Below, piece after piece: positions 1-7,697 of a DNA stretch of 29,079 nucleotides (the stretch's first letter is position 1; the number at the start of each line of letters is the position of its first letter). Origin of the DNA: an uncultured Chthoniobacteraceae bacterium (GTDB lineage: Bacteria > Verrucomicrobiota > Verrucomicrobiia > Chthoniobacterales > Chthoniobacteraceae); NCBI GenBank assembly GCA_964489645.1, contig CAZAZT010000037.1, positions 1 through 29,079 on the forward strand. The letters are read 5' to 3'. Below the pieces are notes generated by a model. The model made no database searches. It saw only the letters and a list, made by a program, of their open reading frames with translations, and was not told the DNA's origin. The position numbers and the translations under genes were made by a program.

Positions 1-1013
1 ATGTCATAGGTCCTCGCCGAGCCGAACCCCAGATCCCCCGTGCACAACTCGATCACCCGGTAATGCAAACCCAACAACTGCAACACTTTTTCCGCATCCG
101 CCGTCAGCGCCTCCAACTCGTTCTCTGACGCCTCAGGTGTCGTGATCTTCACCAACTCCACCTTGTCGAATTGGTGCATCCGGATCAGCCCACGCGTGCC
201 CAAACCAGCAGATCCAGCCTCGCGACGGAAACAAGGGGTGTAAGCGGCGTACCTCACCGGCAGCGCATCCGCAGCGAGAATCTCCTCGCGATGCAGATTG
301 GTCACAGGCACCTCAGCCGTGGGAACGAGATACAACTCGTCCCGATCACACCGATACAACTGCTCTTCGAACTTCGGCAACTGAGACGTTCCCACCAAAG
401 CATCCGGCTTCACCACGAACGGGGTGTTCACCTCTCGATACCCATGCTTCATCGTGTGCAAATCGAGGAGGAAGTTGATCAGCGCTCGCTCCAGTCTCGC
501 TCCCAAGCCCGTGAACACCACGAAAGCGCTCCCCGTGACCCGCGCCCCGCGTTCAAAATCGAACAAACCCAGCTTCTCCCCGATCTCCACATGACTCTTC
601 GGTTGAAATCCGAACTCGGGCCTTGCGCCCCAACGGCGAATCTCAGGATTCGCCTCGGCATCTGCCCCCACCGGCGCGCCGATATGGGGAAGATTCGGCA
701 AATGCAGAAGCGCATCTCGTTGTGCCGCATCCATCTTCACCACATCCGCTTGAAGCGCATCCATCTCATCACCCATCGCCCGAACACTAGCCTCCGCCTC
801 CGCAGTATCCTCGCCCTTGCCTCTGCGCATCCCGATCTCCTTGCTCAACCGCTTCCGCTCCGCCTGCAAAGCTTGCAATCGCGTCTCAGCAGCACGCCGA
901 TCCCGATCGAATCCCAGTACCGCATCGATCAACCCCGCGTAATCCCCTCCCCGCAGACCCAATCGCCGCTTCACCTCCACCGCATCTTCCCGAATCAAAC
1001 GAATATCCAACAT
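1..1013 (-). CDS. serS: seryl-tRNA synthetase, N-terminal ~337 codons; the C-terminal end of the gene lies beyond nt 1
   Basis: Minus-strand reading frame starts at ATG 1011-1013 ([19 protein letters not shown]...) and runs open to the window edge. It contains SerRS/class II signature stretches (...[20 protein letters not shown]..., ...[33 protein letters not shown]..., ...[23 protein letters not shown]). It is absent from the ORF track only because there is no in-window stop. The 171..1127(+) ORF is its antisense shadow. Confidence 0.9.
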   Translation of the reverse strand, partial: [337 protein letters not shown]

Positions 1014-1023
1014 AGTCGAAAAC

Positions 1024-2070
1024 TTATCCTTTGTGAAAAGCAGTCTCCGCACCGCCAAACCGCTCCACCACCACACCCGCCTCCCCGACAGTTTGCACCC
1101 AGACCCGTAAGTCGCCGTGCCGCTTGACCATGCGTTCAACCCCTTCCCGAGGAAATATTCCCGCCGGCTTAGAATAGGCATCCGCTCGCATAGCATCACC
1201 GGCCACAACCGTGGCCATCACCCGCCGAGTCAATGCCCATCCCGTGCGAGGATCGATGACATGGCTGTAACGAACCCCATCCAACTCAACGAACTGATTC
1301 ACATCGCCACTCGTGGCAATTCCCCGATCCGACAACGTCAAAACCTCACCCCGAACCTCTACTCCATCCAACGCCGAAACACGGATTTTCCACCCCCCTG
1401 AATCACGAGGTGCCTCTCCCAATGCCATATCGCCGCTTCCCGCCACCATGCACGTACGGAATCCACGCTCGCGCAATACCTTCAACGCCTCTCGCGCCGC
1501 ATAACCCTTCGCCACACCCCCGAAATCAAGGCGCATCCCTTTCCGCTTCAACTCCACCAAACGCCGATCCCTATCCAGCTGAACCCCCTTCCACCCAACG
1601 GACTCCATCGCACGATCAATTCGCCACCCTTCCGGCAACACTCGCTGACGCCGCGCACGCCGCCACAACAAAACCACAGGGCCAACCGTCACATCAAACG
1701 CACCCTCCGTCTCCTCCGCCACGTCCATCGCAAATCCCAGCAGATCCGCCATCTCCACGCTGACCTCAATCGCACGTCCCTTGCCCGCCTCCTGACATAT
1801 CCGCATCGCCTCGGAGTCCTCCTCGTAGTCCGAGAAGATCCCGTTCAACGCTCGCACGCGATCCAACGCCGCCTCCGCAGCCTCACGAACCCGTTCCACA
1901 TCTGCCCCCGGTTCGTCGATCGTCACCCGGAAGGGAACTCCCATCTCCGCACGCTCGAAAATCCACCTCCGCGAGCGGTCCTCTCCCAGACCGCACATCC
2001 CAACTGTCCAAGCCAATCCACCCGCTAGAGATCGGATAAATCCGCGCCTCTTCACGTCGACTCCCCTCAT
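1024..2070 (-). CDS. apbE: FAD:protein FMN transferase (ApbE family) with Tat-type signal
   Basis: The ORF track gives 1024..2427, but the upstream third overlaps pepA in another frame. The real start is taken as ATG 2068-2070 (MRGVDVKRRGFIRSLAGGLA..., twin-arginine motif). That ATG overlaps the pepA stop as ATGA. ApbE-type motifs are present: ...RLDFGGVAKGYAAREAL..., ...GIATSGD... The stop is 10 nt before the serS start. Confidence 0.8.
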   Translation of the reverse strand: MRGVDVKRRGFIRSLAGGLAWTVGMCGLGEDRSRRWIFERAEMGVPFRVTIDEPGADVERVREAAEAALDRVRALNGIFSDYEEDSEAMRICQEAGKGRAIEVSVEMADLLGFAMDVAEETEGAFDVTVGPVVLLWRRARRQRVLPEGWRIDRAMESVGWKGVQLDRDRRLVELKRKGMRLDFGGVAKGYAAREALKVLRERGFRTCMVAGSGDMALGEAPRDSGGWKIRVSALDGVEVRGEVLTLSDRGIATSGDVNQFVELDGVRYSHVIDPRTGWALTRRVMATVVAGDAMRADAYSKPAGIFPREGVERMVKRHGDLRVWVQTVGEAGVVVERFGGAETAFHKG

Positions 2071-3473
2071 CGCCCGTGATGCAAAGCCAGATCCGTCAGT
2101 AAACGAACGCCAAATCCCGTCGCACCGCGAGTCTGATACGCCGCGTCCTTGTCGCGATGCGACATGTAAGCGATATCCAGATGCGCCCAAGGCGTTTTCC
2201 CTGAAAAATGACCAACGAACGCCGCCCCCGTACAAGCCCCTGCTAAACGGCCCCCTGAGTTCTTGAGGTCCGCAACTTTGCTCCGGATCTGCTCCCGATG
2301 CTTCGGGAAGATGGGCAAATGCCATAAAGCCTCTCCCACGCGCTCCGCAGCAGCTGCCACCGCTTCGCCCCACGCAGCATCCGAGTGGAAAAATCCCGCT
2401 GCAGCCTCTCCCAATGCCACCCCACACGCACCCGTCAGCGTCGCCAGATCCACCACTGCCTCAGGCTGATACTTTTGGATTCCCCAAGCGATCGCGTCGC
2501 CCAAAACCAGACGCCCCTCCGCATCCGTATTCACCACCTCCACATGCGTTCCGTCAAACATCCGTATGATGTCCCCCGGCCGATACGCCCCTCCGCCCGG
2601 CATATTCTCCGCCGCAGCAATCACCCCGATCACATTCCGCTTCACTCCCAACTCGGCAATCGCCCGCATCGCGCCCATCACCGCCATCGCCCCCGACTTA
2701 TCAAAAATCATGTCCTCCATCCCAGCGGCAGGCTTGATCGAGATTCCGCCCGAATCAAACGTGATGCACTTGCCGACAAACAACAACGGAGCCTCCCCCT
2801 TCTTCCCTCCCGCGTGCTCCATCGCGACCAAACGAGACCCCACCCGACTCCCGGCCCCCACGGCAAGGATCCCCCCAAACGCCCCTTTGGTCAGCTCTTT
2901 ATCCCCAAGCACCGTCACCTTCAGACCACTCTCCTTGCCAATCCGAGCCGCCTCAGCGGCTGCGGTCTCTGGGGTGAAAACGTTCCCCGGCGTGTTCCCC
3001 ATCTCCCGGATGCGGACCACCGACTCACCCATGGCCAACCCCTCGTCCACCTGCTTGCGCACCAAGGGCATCGAGGGCTTGGGACACTCCAAGACGAGCT
3101 TGGAAAGCGCCTTCCCTTTCGAACGTAAAAATCTGTCGAAAAGGTAATTGCCAGCCATCAACCCATCAACGATGTCGCCAACAAAGTCCATGCAGACATC
3201 CGAAACCTCCACCACCAAACCTTCCACTCCAGCACGCTGAGCGAACTTGCCCGCAACGCCAGACGCCTCGCGCCACGTCCGCCGCGTCGCCAAATCCTCG
3301 GAACCGATGCCCACATGCAACACCCGCTCCCGATGGTCATAGAAAAACGTCCGCGCCTTCCCCGAGAACTCGCACGCAGGAACCCCCGGCAACTCCCGTC
3401 TCGCAGAAGTCGGATCCACAAAGCGGACCCTCACCTTGCCCAACCCCGCATCAGCAACGACTCGAACGTCCAT
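2067..3473 (-). CDS. pepA: leucyl aminopeptidase (M17 family)
   Basis: 468 aa. M17 signatures are present: VGKCITFDSGGISIKP, NTDAEGRLVLGDAIAWG, and the C-terminal catalytic domain. The start ATG 3471-3473 lies 3 nt after the serA stop (TGAgtcATG). Confidence 0.9.
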   Translation of the reverse strand: MDVRVVADAGLGKVRVRFVDPTSARRELPGVPACEFSGKARTFFYDHRERVLHVGIGSEDLATRRTWREASGVAGKFAQRAGVEGLVVEVSDVCMDFVGDIVDGLMAGNYLFDRFLRSKGKALSKLVLECPKPSMPLVRKQVDEGLAMGESVVRIREMGNTPGNVFTPETAAAEAARIGKESGLKVTVLGDKELTKGAFGGILAVGAGSRVGSRLVAMEHAGGKKGEAPLLFVGKCITFDSGGISIKPAAGMEDMIFDKSGAMAVMGAMRAIAELGVKRNVIGVIAAAENMPGGGAYRPGDIIRMFDGTHVEVVNTDAEGRLVLGDAIAWGIQKYQPEAVVDLATLTGACGVALGEAAAGFFHSDAAWGEAVAAAAERVGEALWHLPIFPKHREQIRSKVADLKNSGGRLAGACTGAAFVGHFSGKTPWAHLDIAYMSHRDKDAAYQTRGATGFGVRLLTDLALHHGR

Positions 3474-3476
3474 GAC

Positions 3477-5072
3477 TCAACCAAGGTTGACCGTCTGACA
3501 GTTGTAGATGTCCCCGCTCGCAGCCAACTCCGCCACCAACTCCGCCCCCGGCACCGAATCCAAGTTCAACACCGTCAAAGCGCGTCCACCGACCTTGTCA
3601 CGCGAAAGCGACATCCCCGCGATGTTCACCCCATGCTTTCCAAAAATCGTTCCCACCATGCCCACGATTCCCGGACGGTCCGTGTTCTCAAAAATGAACA
3701 ATACCCCCTCTGGACGAGCCTCCACATGGCGACCATTGATCTTCACGATCCTGGGGTTGCTCCCAAGGAACGTCCCCGCGACGGACACCCACCCGCCTTC
3801 ACCGGTAGCGGTGAGTTCCATCAACTCCGCAAACTCTGAACTCGCTGCCTCGCGGCTCTCCAACACCTTCAACCCGAGCTGCTGTGCGAAGCCCGGAACA
3901 TTGACGATGTTGATCTCGCCGCCGCCGGCCTTCTCGAGAAAACCGAGCAAGATCGAACGGGTGACCGGCTTGGTGTCCAACTCGTTGATCTTGCCTTGGT
4001 AGTTCACGTTCAGGGTGTCACAGCGCTTACCCACGAACTGTGAAAGGAACTTCCCGAGTCGGTTGCCCATCGCGATCTGTGGCCCGAGCAACTCCAGCGT
4101 GCGCCCATCAATGCTCGGCATGTTCACCGCATTGCGGATCTCGCCGTTCAACAAGGCGGCTCGGATCTGCTGCGCCACCTCAATCCCCACATTCTCCTGA
4201 GCCTCGGCAGTGGATGCTCCCAAGTGCGGCGTGAAAACCACATTCGGCAAAGCACGCAACGGGTAATCCGCTGGGGGAGGTTCCACCTCGAACACATCCA
4301 ACGCAGCCGCAGCAACATGCCGTGTTTTCAAAGCTTCCATCAACGCCACCTCATCAATCAAACCACCCCGAGCGCAGTTCACAATCCTCACGCCTTTCTT
4401 CGCTTTCGCCAAACGCTCCCGATTGATCATGTGCCGCGTCTCATCCGTCAACGGCATGTGCATCGTGATGAAATCGACCAAGGGCATCAAATCGTCCAAA
4501 CGTTCAACCAACTCCACTTGCATCGATTTCGCCCGCGCCTGGGACAGGTAAGGGTCAAAAGCCAAGACTTTCATCCCGAAAGCCTGTGCCCGCTTCGCGA
4601 ACTCCGTCCCAATACGACCCATCCCCAAAATCCCCAAGGTCTTCCCGTATAACTCAACCCCCTCGTAACTCTTCCGGTCCCATTTGCCAGACTTCACACT
4701 CGCATCCCCTTGCGGGATGTTCCGAGCAATCGAGACCATCAACGAAAACGCGTGCTCCGCCGTCGAAACCGTGTTCCCGCCCGGGGTGTTCATCACAATG
4801 ACCCCCGCCTTGCTCGCCGCATCAACATCAACATTGTCCACCCCCACACCCGCCCGGCCAACCACCTTCAACTTGGAAGCAGCCGCCAGCAACTTCGACG
4901 TCACCTTCGTCTGACTCCTCACCACAAGTCCTGAATACTCGCCAATCACCTTCAACAACTCCTCCTGGGACTTGCCCGTCATCACCGTCACATCAAGAAG
5001 TTTTCCTTCCTGAAGCTCGTCAATGCCCCGCTGCGAAATCGGATCTGCGACCAATACCTTGTGTGTGCTCAT
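3477..5072 (-). CDS. serA: D-3-phosphoglycerate dehydrogenase with C-terminal ACT domain
   Basis: The ORF track reads 3477..5201. The chosen start is ATG 5070-5072 (MSTHKVLVADPISQRGIDEL...), typical of a SerA N-terminus. The upstream 43 codons are hydrophobic nonsense. 2-hydroxyacid dehydrogenase NAD motif GILGMGRIGTEFAKRA, catalytic ...NCARGGLIDE..., and the regulatory C-terminal domain are present. ~531 aa. Confidence 0.9.
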   Translation of the reverse strand: MSTHKVLVADPISQRGIDELQEGKLLDVTVMTGKSQEELLKVIGEYSGLVVRSQTKVTSKLLAAASKLKVVGRAGVGVDNVDVDAASKAGVIVMNTPGGNTVSTAEHAFSLMVSIARNIPQGDASVKSGKWDRKSYEGVELYGKTLGILGMGRIGTEFAKRAQAFGMKVLAFDPYLSQARAKSMQVELVERLDDLMPLVDFITMHMPLTDETRHMINRERLAKAKKGVRIVNCARGGLIDEVALMEALKTRHVAAAALDVFEVEPPPADYPLRALPNVVFTPHLGASTAEAQENVGIEVAQQIRAALLNGEIRNAVNMPSIDGRTLELLGPQIAMGNRLGKFLSQFVGKRCDTLNVNYQGKINELDTKPVTRSILLGFLEKAGGGEINIVNVPGFAQQLGLKVLESREAASSEFAELMELTATGEGGWVSVAGTFLGSNPRIVKINGRHVEARPEGVLFIFENTDRPGIVGMVGTIFGKHGVNIAGMSLSRDKVGGRALTVLNLDSVPGAELVAELAASGDIYNCQTVNLG

Positions 5073-5289
5073 GAAATGAAAATGGAGGTAAAGTATGGGA
5101 CCAAACAACCCTTCCCTAAAGAACAAAGTCCATCGCGACGGCCCCGCTCGCTTCGACAAATGCGGCCCTCCAAAATGCCTGATTATTAGTGACATCAACA
5201 CACATCAACGAGAGTCTTATCTCACGACTCGCCCTGACGTCACCCCATCTACCCCCTCCACGCAGCCTCTGAACCAACCCACAATCCTC
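5073..5289. promoter_or_regulatory. divergent intergenic region between serA (-) and the flotillin-like gene (+)
   Basis: 217 nt, locally AT-richer (gaaatgaaaatggaggtaaagtatggg). It contains a direct repeat CATCAAC at 5193-5199 and 5203-5209 with 10-bp spacing. A GGAGG at 5084-5088 lies 5 nt before an ATG at 5095, but the downstream frame has low GC3. No promoter consensus could be assigned by eye. Confidence 0.3.
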
Positions 5290-7620
5290 ATGGAAACCGT
5301 TTTCTCATTCATCGTCGCTCACCCTGCCCTAACGATGCTCATCCTCATCGGCCTCTACTTCGTTTACAGCTCGATCACGATCGCCGGCGGTGACCAAGTC
5401 GTCCTCCTCGAACGCCGCTGGCTCGGTTCCCATATGCCAGATGGCCGCACCGTCGCTCTCAGCCACGAAGTCGGGGTGCAAGCTCGCGTCCTCGGCCCAG
5501 GCATCCATTTCCTCATCCCGTTCATCTACAGCACCAGCAAACGTCCCTTCCTCGAAATCCCGCAGAACAAGGTCGGCGTCGTCCGCGCCATCACCGGCGC
5601 CCCCATCCCCTCCGGCTTCTTCATGGCGCGCTCCGTGAGATGCGACCTTTTCCAGGACGGAGAAGCCTTCCTCATCAATGGGGGCGAAAAAGGTCCCCAA
5701 CTCCAAATCCTCCCCGAAGGCCAATACCGTATCAACCCGCACCTCTTCGAGGTCGACGTCGTCGACGCCATCATGATCGGTGAAGACGAGATCGGCTGCG
5801 TCGAAGCCATTGCAGGAAAACCCGTCGCCCGCCCCGGCGGGAACTTCGGCGCTCCCGTCGATTGCAACAGCTTCCAAGACGCCGACGCATTCATCCAGAA
5901 CGGCGGCGAACGCGGCCCTCAGATCGCGTTCCTCATGCCCGGCTTCTACCGCATCAATACCATCCTTTTCAATGTGATGAAGTTCCCCATCACGCAGATC
6001 GCAGGGGGCAAGGTGGGGCTTGTCGAAGCCGCCGACGGCTCAGGCATCCCCGAGGGCCGTCTCCTCGCTCGAAAAGTGGACGGTCACAACAGCTTCTTCG
6101 ACGGCCAAGCCTTCATCCACAACGGTGGCGAAAAAGGCCGACAACTCGAGATCCTCATGCCAGGACGCTACCGTCTCAACCCGCTCCTCTTCCGGCTCGT
6201 CGCAGTGACCGACTGGACAAATGTCGAAGCCGATCAGGTCGGTATCGTCACCGTTCTCGAAGGTCGCCCGATCACCGACCCCACCAAAATCGCTGCGGAA
6301 GAACTTCCTCACGAATCACATAACAACTTCCAAGACCCATCCGCCTTCCTCGGAGCTGGAGGGCAAAAAGGACTCCAGATCCCCGTACTGCGCGCAGGGA
6401 ACTACGCGATCAACCCGTGGTTCGCCACCGTCGAAAAAGCGCCGATGGTTCGCGTGGACATCGGCTTCTGCGGCGTGGTCACAAGCTATGTCGGCCCCGA
6501 GGGAGCAGACCTCACCGACGATGCGGTCAATGCGAAGATCGTCCAGAACGGATGTAAAGGCATCTGGGCAGACCCTTTACAACCCGGAAAACATCCCCTC
6601 AACACTCGCATCATGAAGGTCGACATCGTCCCAACGACCCAAATCCTTCTCAACTGGGCCGACAATCGCTCCAGCGCCCACGAACTCGACGCCAATCTCA
6701 AGACCATCACCCTTCGAACGTCCGACGCATTCAACGTCAACATGGACGTCAGCGTCATCATCCACATCCCGATGCGCAACGCGCCCAAGGTCATCGCCAA
6801 CCTCGGTTCCGTTCGCAACATGATCTCGGAGGTTCTCGAACCCGCCATCAGCTCGCATTTCCGCAATGCCGCCCAATACATCAAAGCGCTCGATCTCTAC
6901 ACCGAACGCCGCGAACTCCAGATCAAGGCCAAAGAACACATCGACGGCGTCCTGAAGGTCCATCACATCGACTCCAAAGATACCCTCATCGCCGATGTCG
7001 TTCTTCCAGCAGAGCTCACGAAGACCGTGACCGATCGTCAAATCGCCGAGCAAGAGCGGAAGACATTCGCCACCCAAAAGGCCGCGCAAGAAGAGCGTCG
7101 CGCGCTCGAGAATGCGACCGCCCAAGCGGCGATGCAGCCCAAAGTCGTGGAATCGGAGCGAAACGTGGAAATCCAAGAGAACTTGGCAAAAGGCCGCGTC
7201 AAGGAAGCGGAAGGAACGCGATCCGCCGCCGTGCTCCAAGCCTCCGGCGAGGCCGAAGCCATCAAACTGCGCGCCCTCGCTCAAGCTGAAGCCACCAAGG
7301 TCACCGCGGTCGCCGAAGCCGAAGCCACCGGCAAAGTCGGTGCCGCCGAGGCCGAAGTCATCCTCGCAAAAGGTCGCTCCAACGCAGAAGCCTACCGCCT
7401 CGAAGTGGAAGCCATGGGACGCGACGTGTTCGGACAAATCCGCGTCATCGAAAAAATCGCCTCCAGCAACCTCAAGATCATCCCAGAAAACCTCGTCATC
7501 GGTGGAGGCTCTGACTCCAACATGATGAACGGCTTTTTCGGGATCAGCCTCCTCGAGAAGATGACCGGTAAATCCTTCAGTTCCGCGTCCCCTAAACCCA
7601 CCGAGACGTCAGCGAACTGA
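5290..7620 (+). CDS. flotillin-like SPFH/band-7 membrane protein with five internal tandem repeats
   Basis: The ORF track gives 5095..7620. The preferred start is ATG 5290 (METVFSF...), which immediately precedes a TM helix (FSFIVAHPALTMLILIGLYFVYSSITIAGG). The SPFH core is present (QVVLLERRW...VLGPGIHFLIPF... and ...TSDAFNVNMDVSVIIHIPMRNAPKVIANLGS...). The C-terminus carries a flotillin-type Ala/Glu coiled coil (AEAEATGKVGAAEAEVILAKGRSNAEAY...). Five ~75-aa repeats with motif FQDxxAF(L/I)xNGGEKGxQLxILxPGxYRINPxLF sit between the two SPFH segments. Confidence 0.8.
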   Translation: METVFSFIVAHPALTMLILIGLYFVYSSITIAGGDQVVLLERRWLGSHMPDGRTVALSHEVGVQARVLGPGIHFLIPFIYSTSKRPFLEIPQNKVGVVRAITGAPIPSGFFMARSVRCDLFQDGEAFLINGGEKGPQLQILPEGQYRINPHLFEVDVVDAIMIGEDEIGCVEAIAGKPVARPGGNFGAPVDCNSFQDADAFIQNGGERGPQIAFLMPGFYRINTILFNVMKFPITQIAGGKVGLVEAADGSGIPEGRLLARKVDGHNSFFDGQAFIHNGGEKGRQLEILMPGRYRLNPLLFRLVAVTDWTNVEADQVGIVTVLEGRPITDPTKIAAEELPHESHNNFQDPSAFLGAGGQKGLQIPVLRAGNYAINPWFATVEKAPMVRVDIGFCGVVTSYVGPEGADLTDDAVNAKIVQNGCKGIWADPLQPGKHPLNTRIMKVDIVPTTQILLNWADNRSSAHELDANLKTITLRTSDAFNVNMDVSVIIHIPMRNAPKVIANLGSVRNMISEVLEPAISSHFRNAAQYIKALDLYTERRELQIKAKEHIDGVLKVHHIDSKDTLIADVVLPAELTKTVTDRQIAEQERKTFATQKAAQEERRALENATAQAAMQPKVVESERNVEIQENLAKGRVKEAEGTRSAAVLQASGEAEAIKLRALAQAEATKVTAVAEAEATGKVGAAEAEVILAKGRSNAEAYRLEVEAMGRDVFGQIRVIEKIASSNLKIIPENLVIGGGSDSNMMNGFFGISLLEKMTGKSFSSASPKPTETSAN
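5620..6640 (+). repeat. protein-level tandem repeats (4 clear + 1 degenerate, ~225 nt each) inside the flotillin-like gene
   Basis: Translation shows R1 ...RCDLFQDGEAFLINGGEKGPQLQILPEGQYRINPHLF..., R2 ...NSFQDADAFIQNGGERGPQIAFLMPGFYRINTILF..., R3 ...NSFFDGQAFIHNGGEKGRQLEILMPGRYRLNPLLF..., R4 ...NNFQDPSAFLGAGGQKGLQIPVLRAGNYAINPWF..., and a degenerate R5 ...AKIVQNGCKGIWADPLQPGKHPLNTRIM.... DNA-level identity is only moderate, so the duplications are old. Confidence 0.7.
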
Positions 7621-7635
7621 CCCGCTTCCACACGT

Positions 7636-7659
7636 TGCTCGCGGATCTTCTCGCGAGCA
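7636..7659. terminator. GC-rich hairpin between convergent genes (flotillin-like + / DUF1501 -)
   Basis: tgctcgcg-gatcttct-cgcgagca gives a perfect 8-bp stem. It lies 16 nt after the flotillin-like stop and ~40 nt after the DUF1501-A stop. There is no U-tract on either side, so it is at best a factor-dependent or bidirectional structural element. Confidence 0.25.
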
Positions 7660-7697
7660 GCGGAGCGGCATGGACGCATCGAACTCCAACGTCGCTT

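Noticed and set aside
171-1127. 318-aa plus-strand ORF
   Set aside because: It lies exactly antisense to the serS coding region. Its translation is low-complexity (R/L/P/S-rich) with no recognisable domain, typical of the shadow frame of a GC3-rich gene.
1024-2427. 467-aa version of the apbE ORF
   Set aside because: The upstream 119 codons overlap the 3' end of pepA in another frame and translate to G/C/R-rich nonsense. The ApbE domain with its Tat motif begins at ATG 2070, which forms an ATGA overlap with the pepA stop.
5095-5289. upstream ATG 5095 preceded by a GGAGG motif as the flotillin start
   Set aside because: Third-codon-position GC in 5095-5289 is clearly lower than in the flanking genes, and the encoded 65 aa are non-hydrophobic and precede the TM helix. 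Other genes in the window lack SD motifs, so the GGAGG is probably fortuitous. It is kept as an alternative start in the feature evidence.
5329-7437. several minus-strand ORFs (182, 122, 90, 132, 286 aa) inside the flotillin-like gene
   Set aside because: All are antisense to a strongly supported SPFH/flotillin reading frame. Their compositions are repetitive (D/E/G/A-rich), mirroring the sense-strand repeats.
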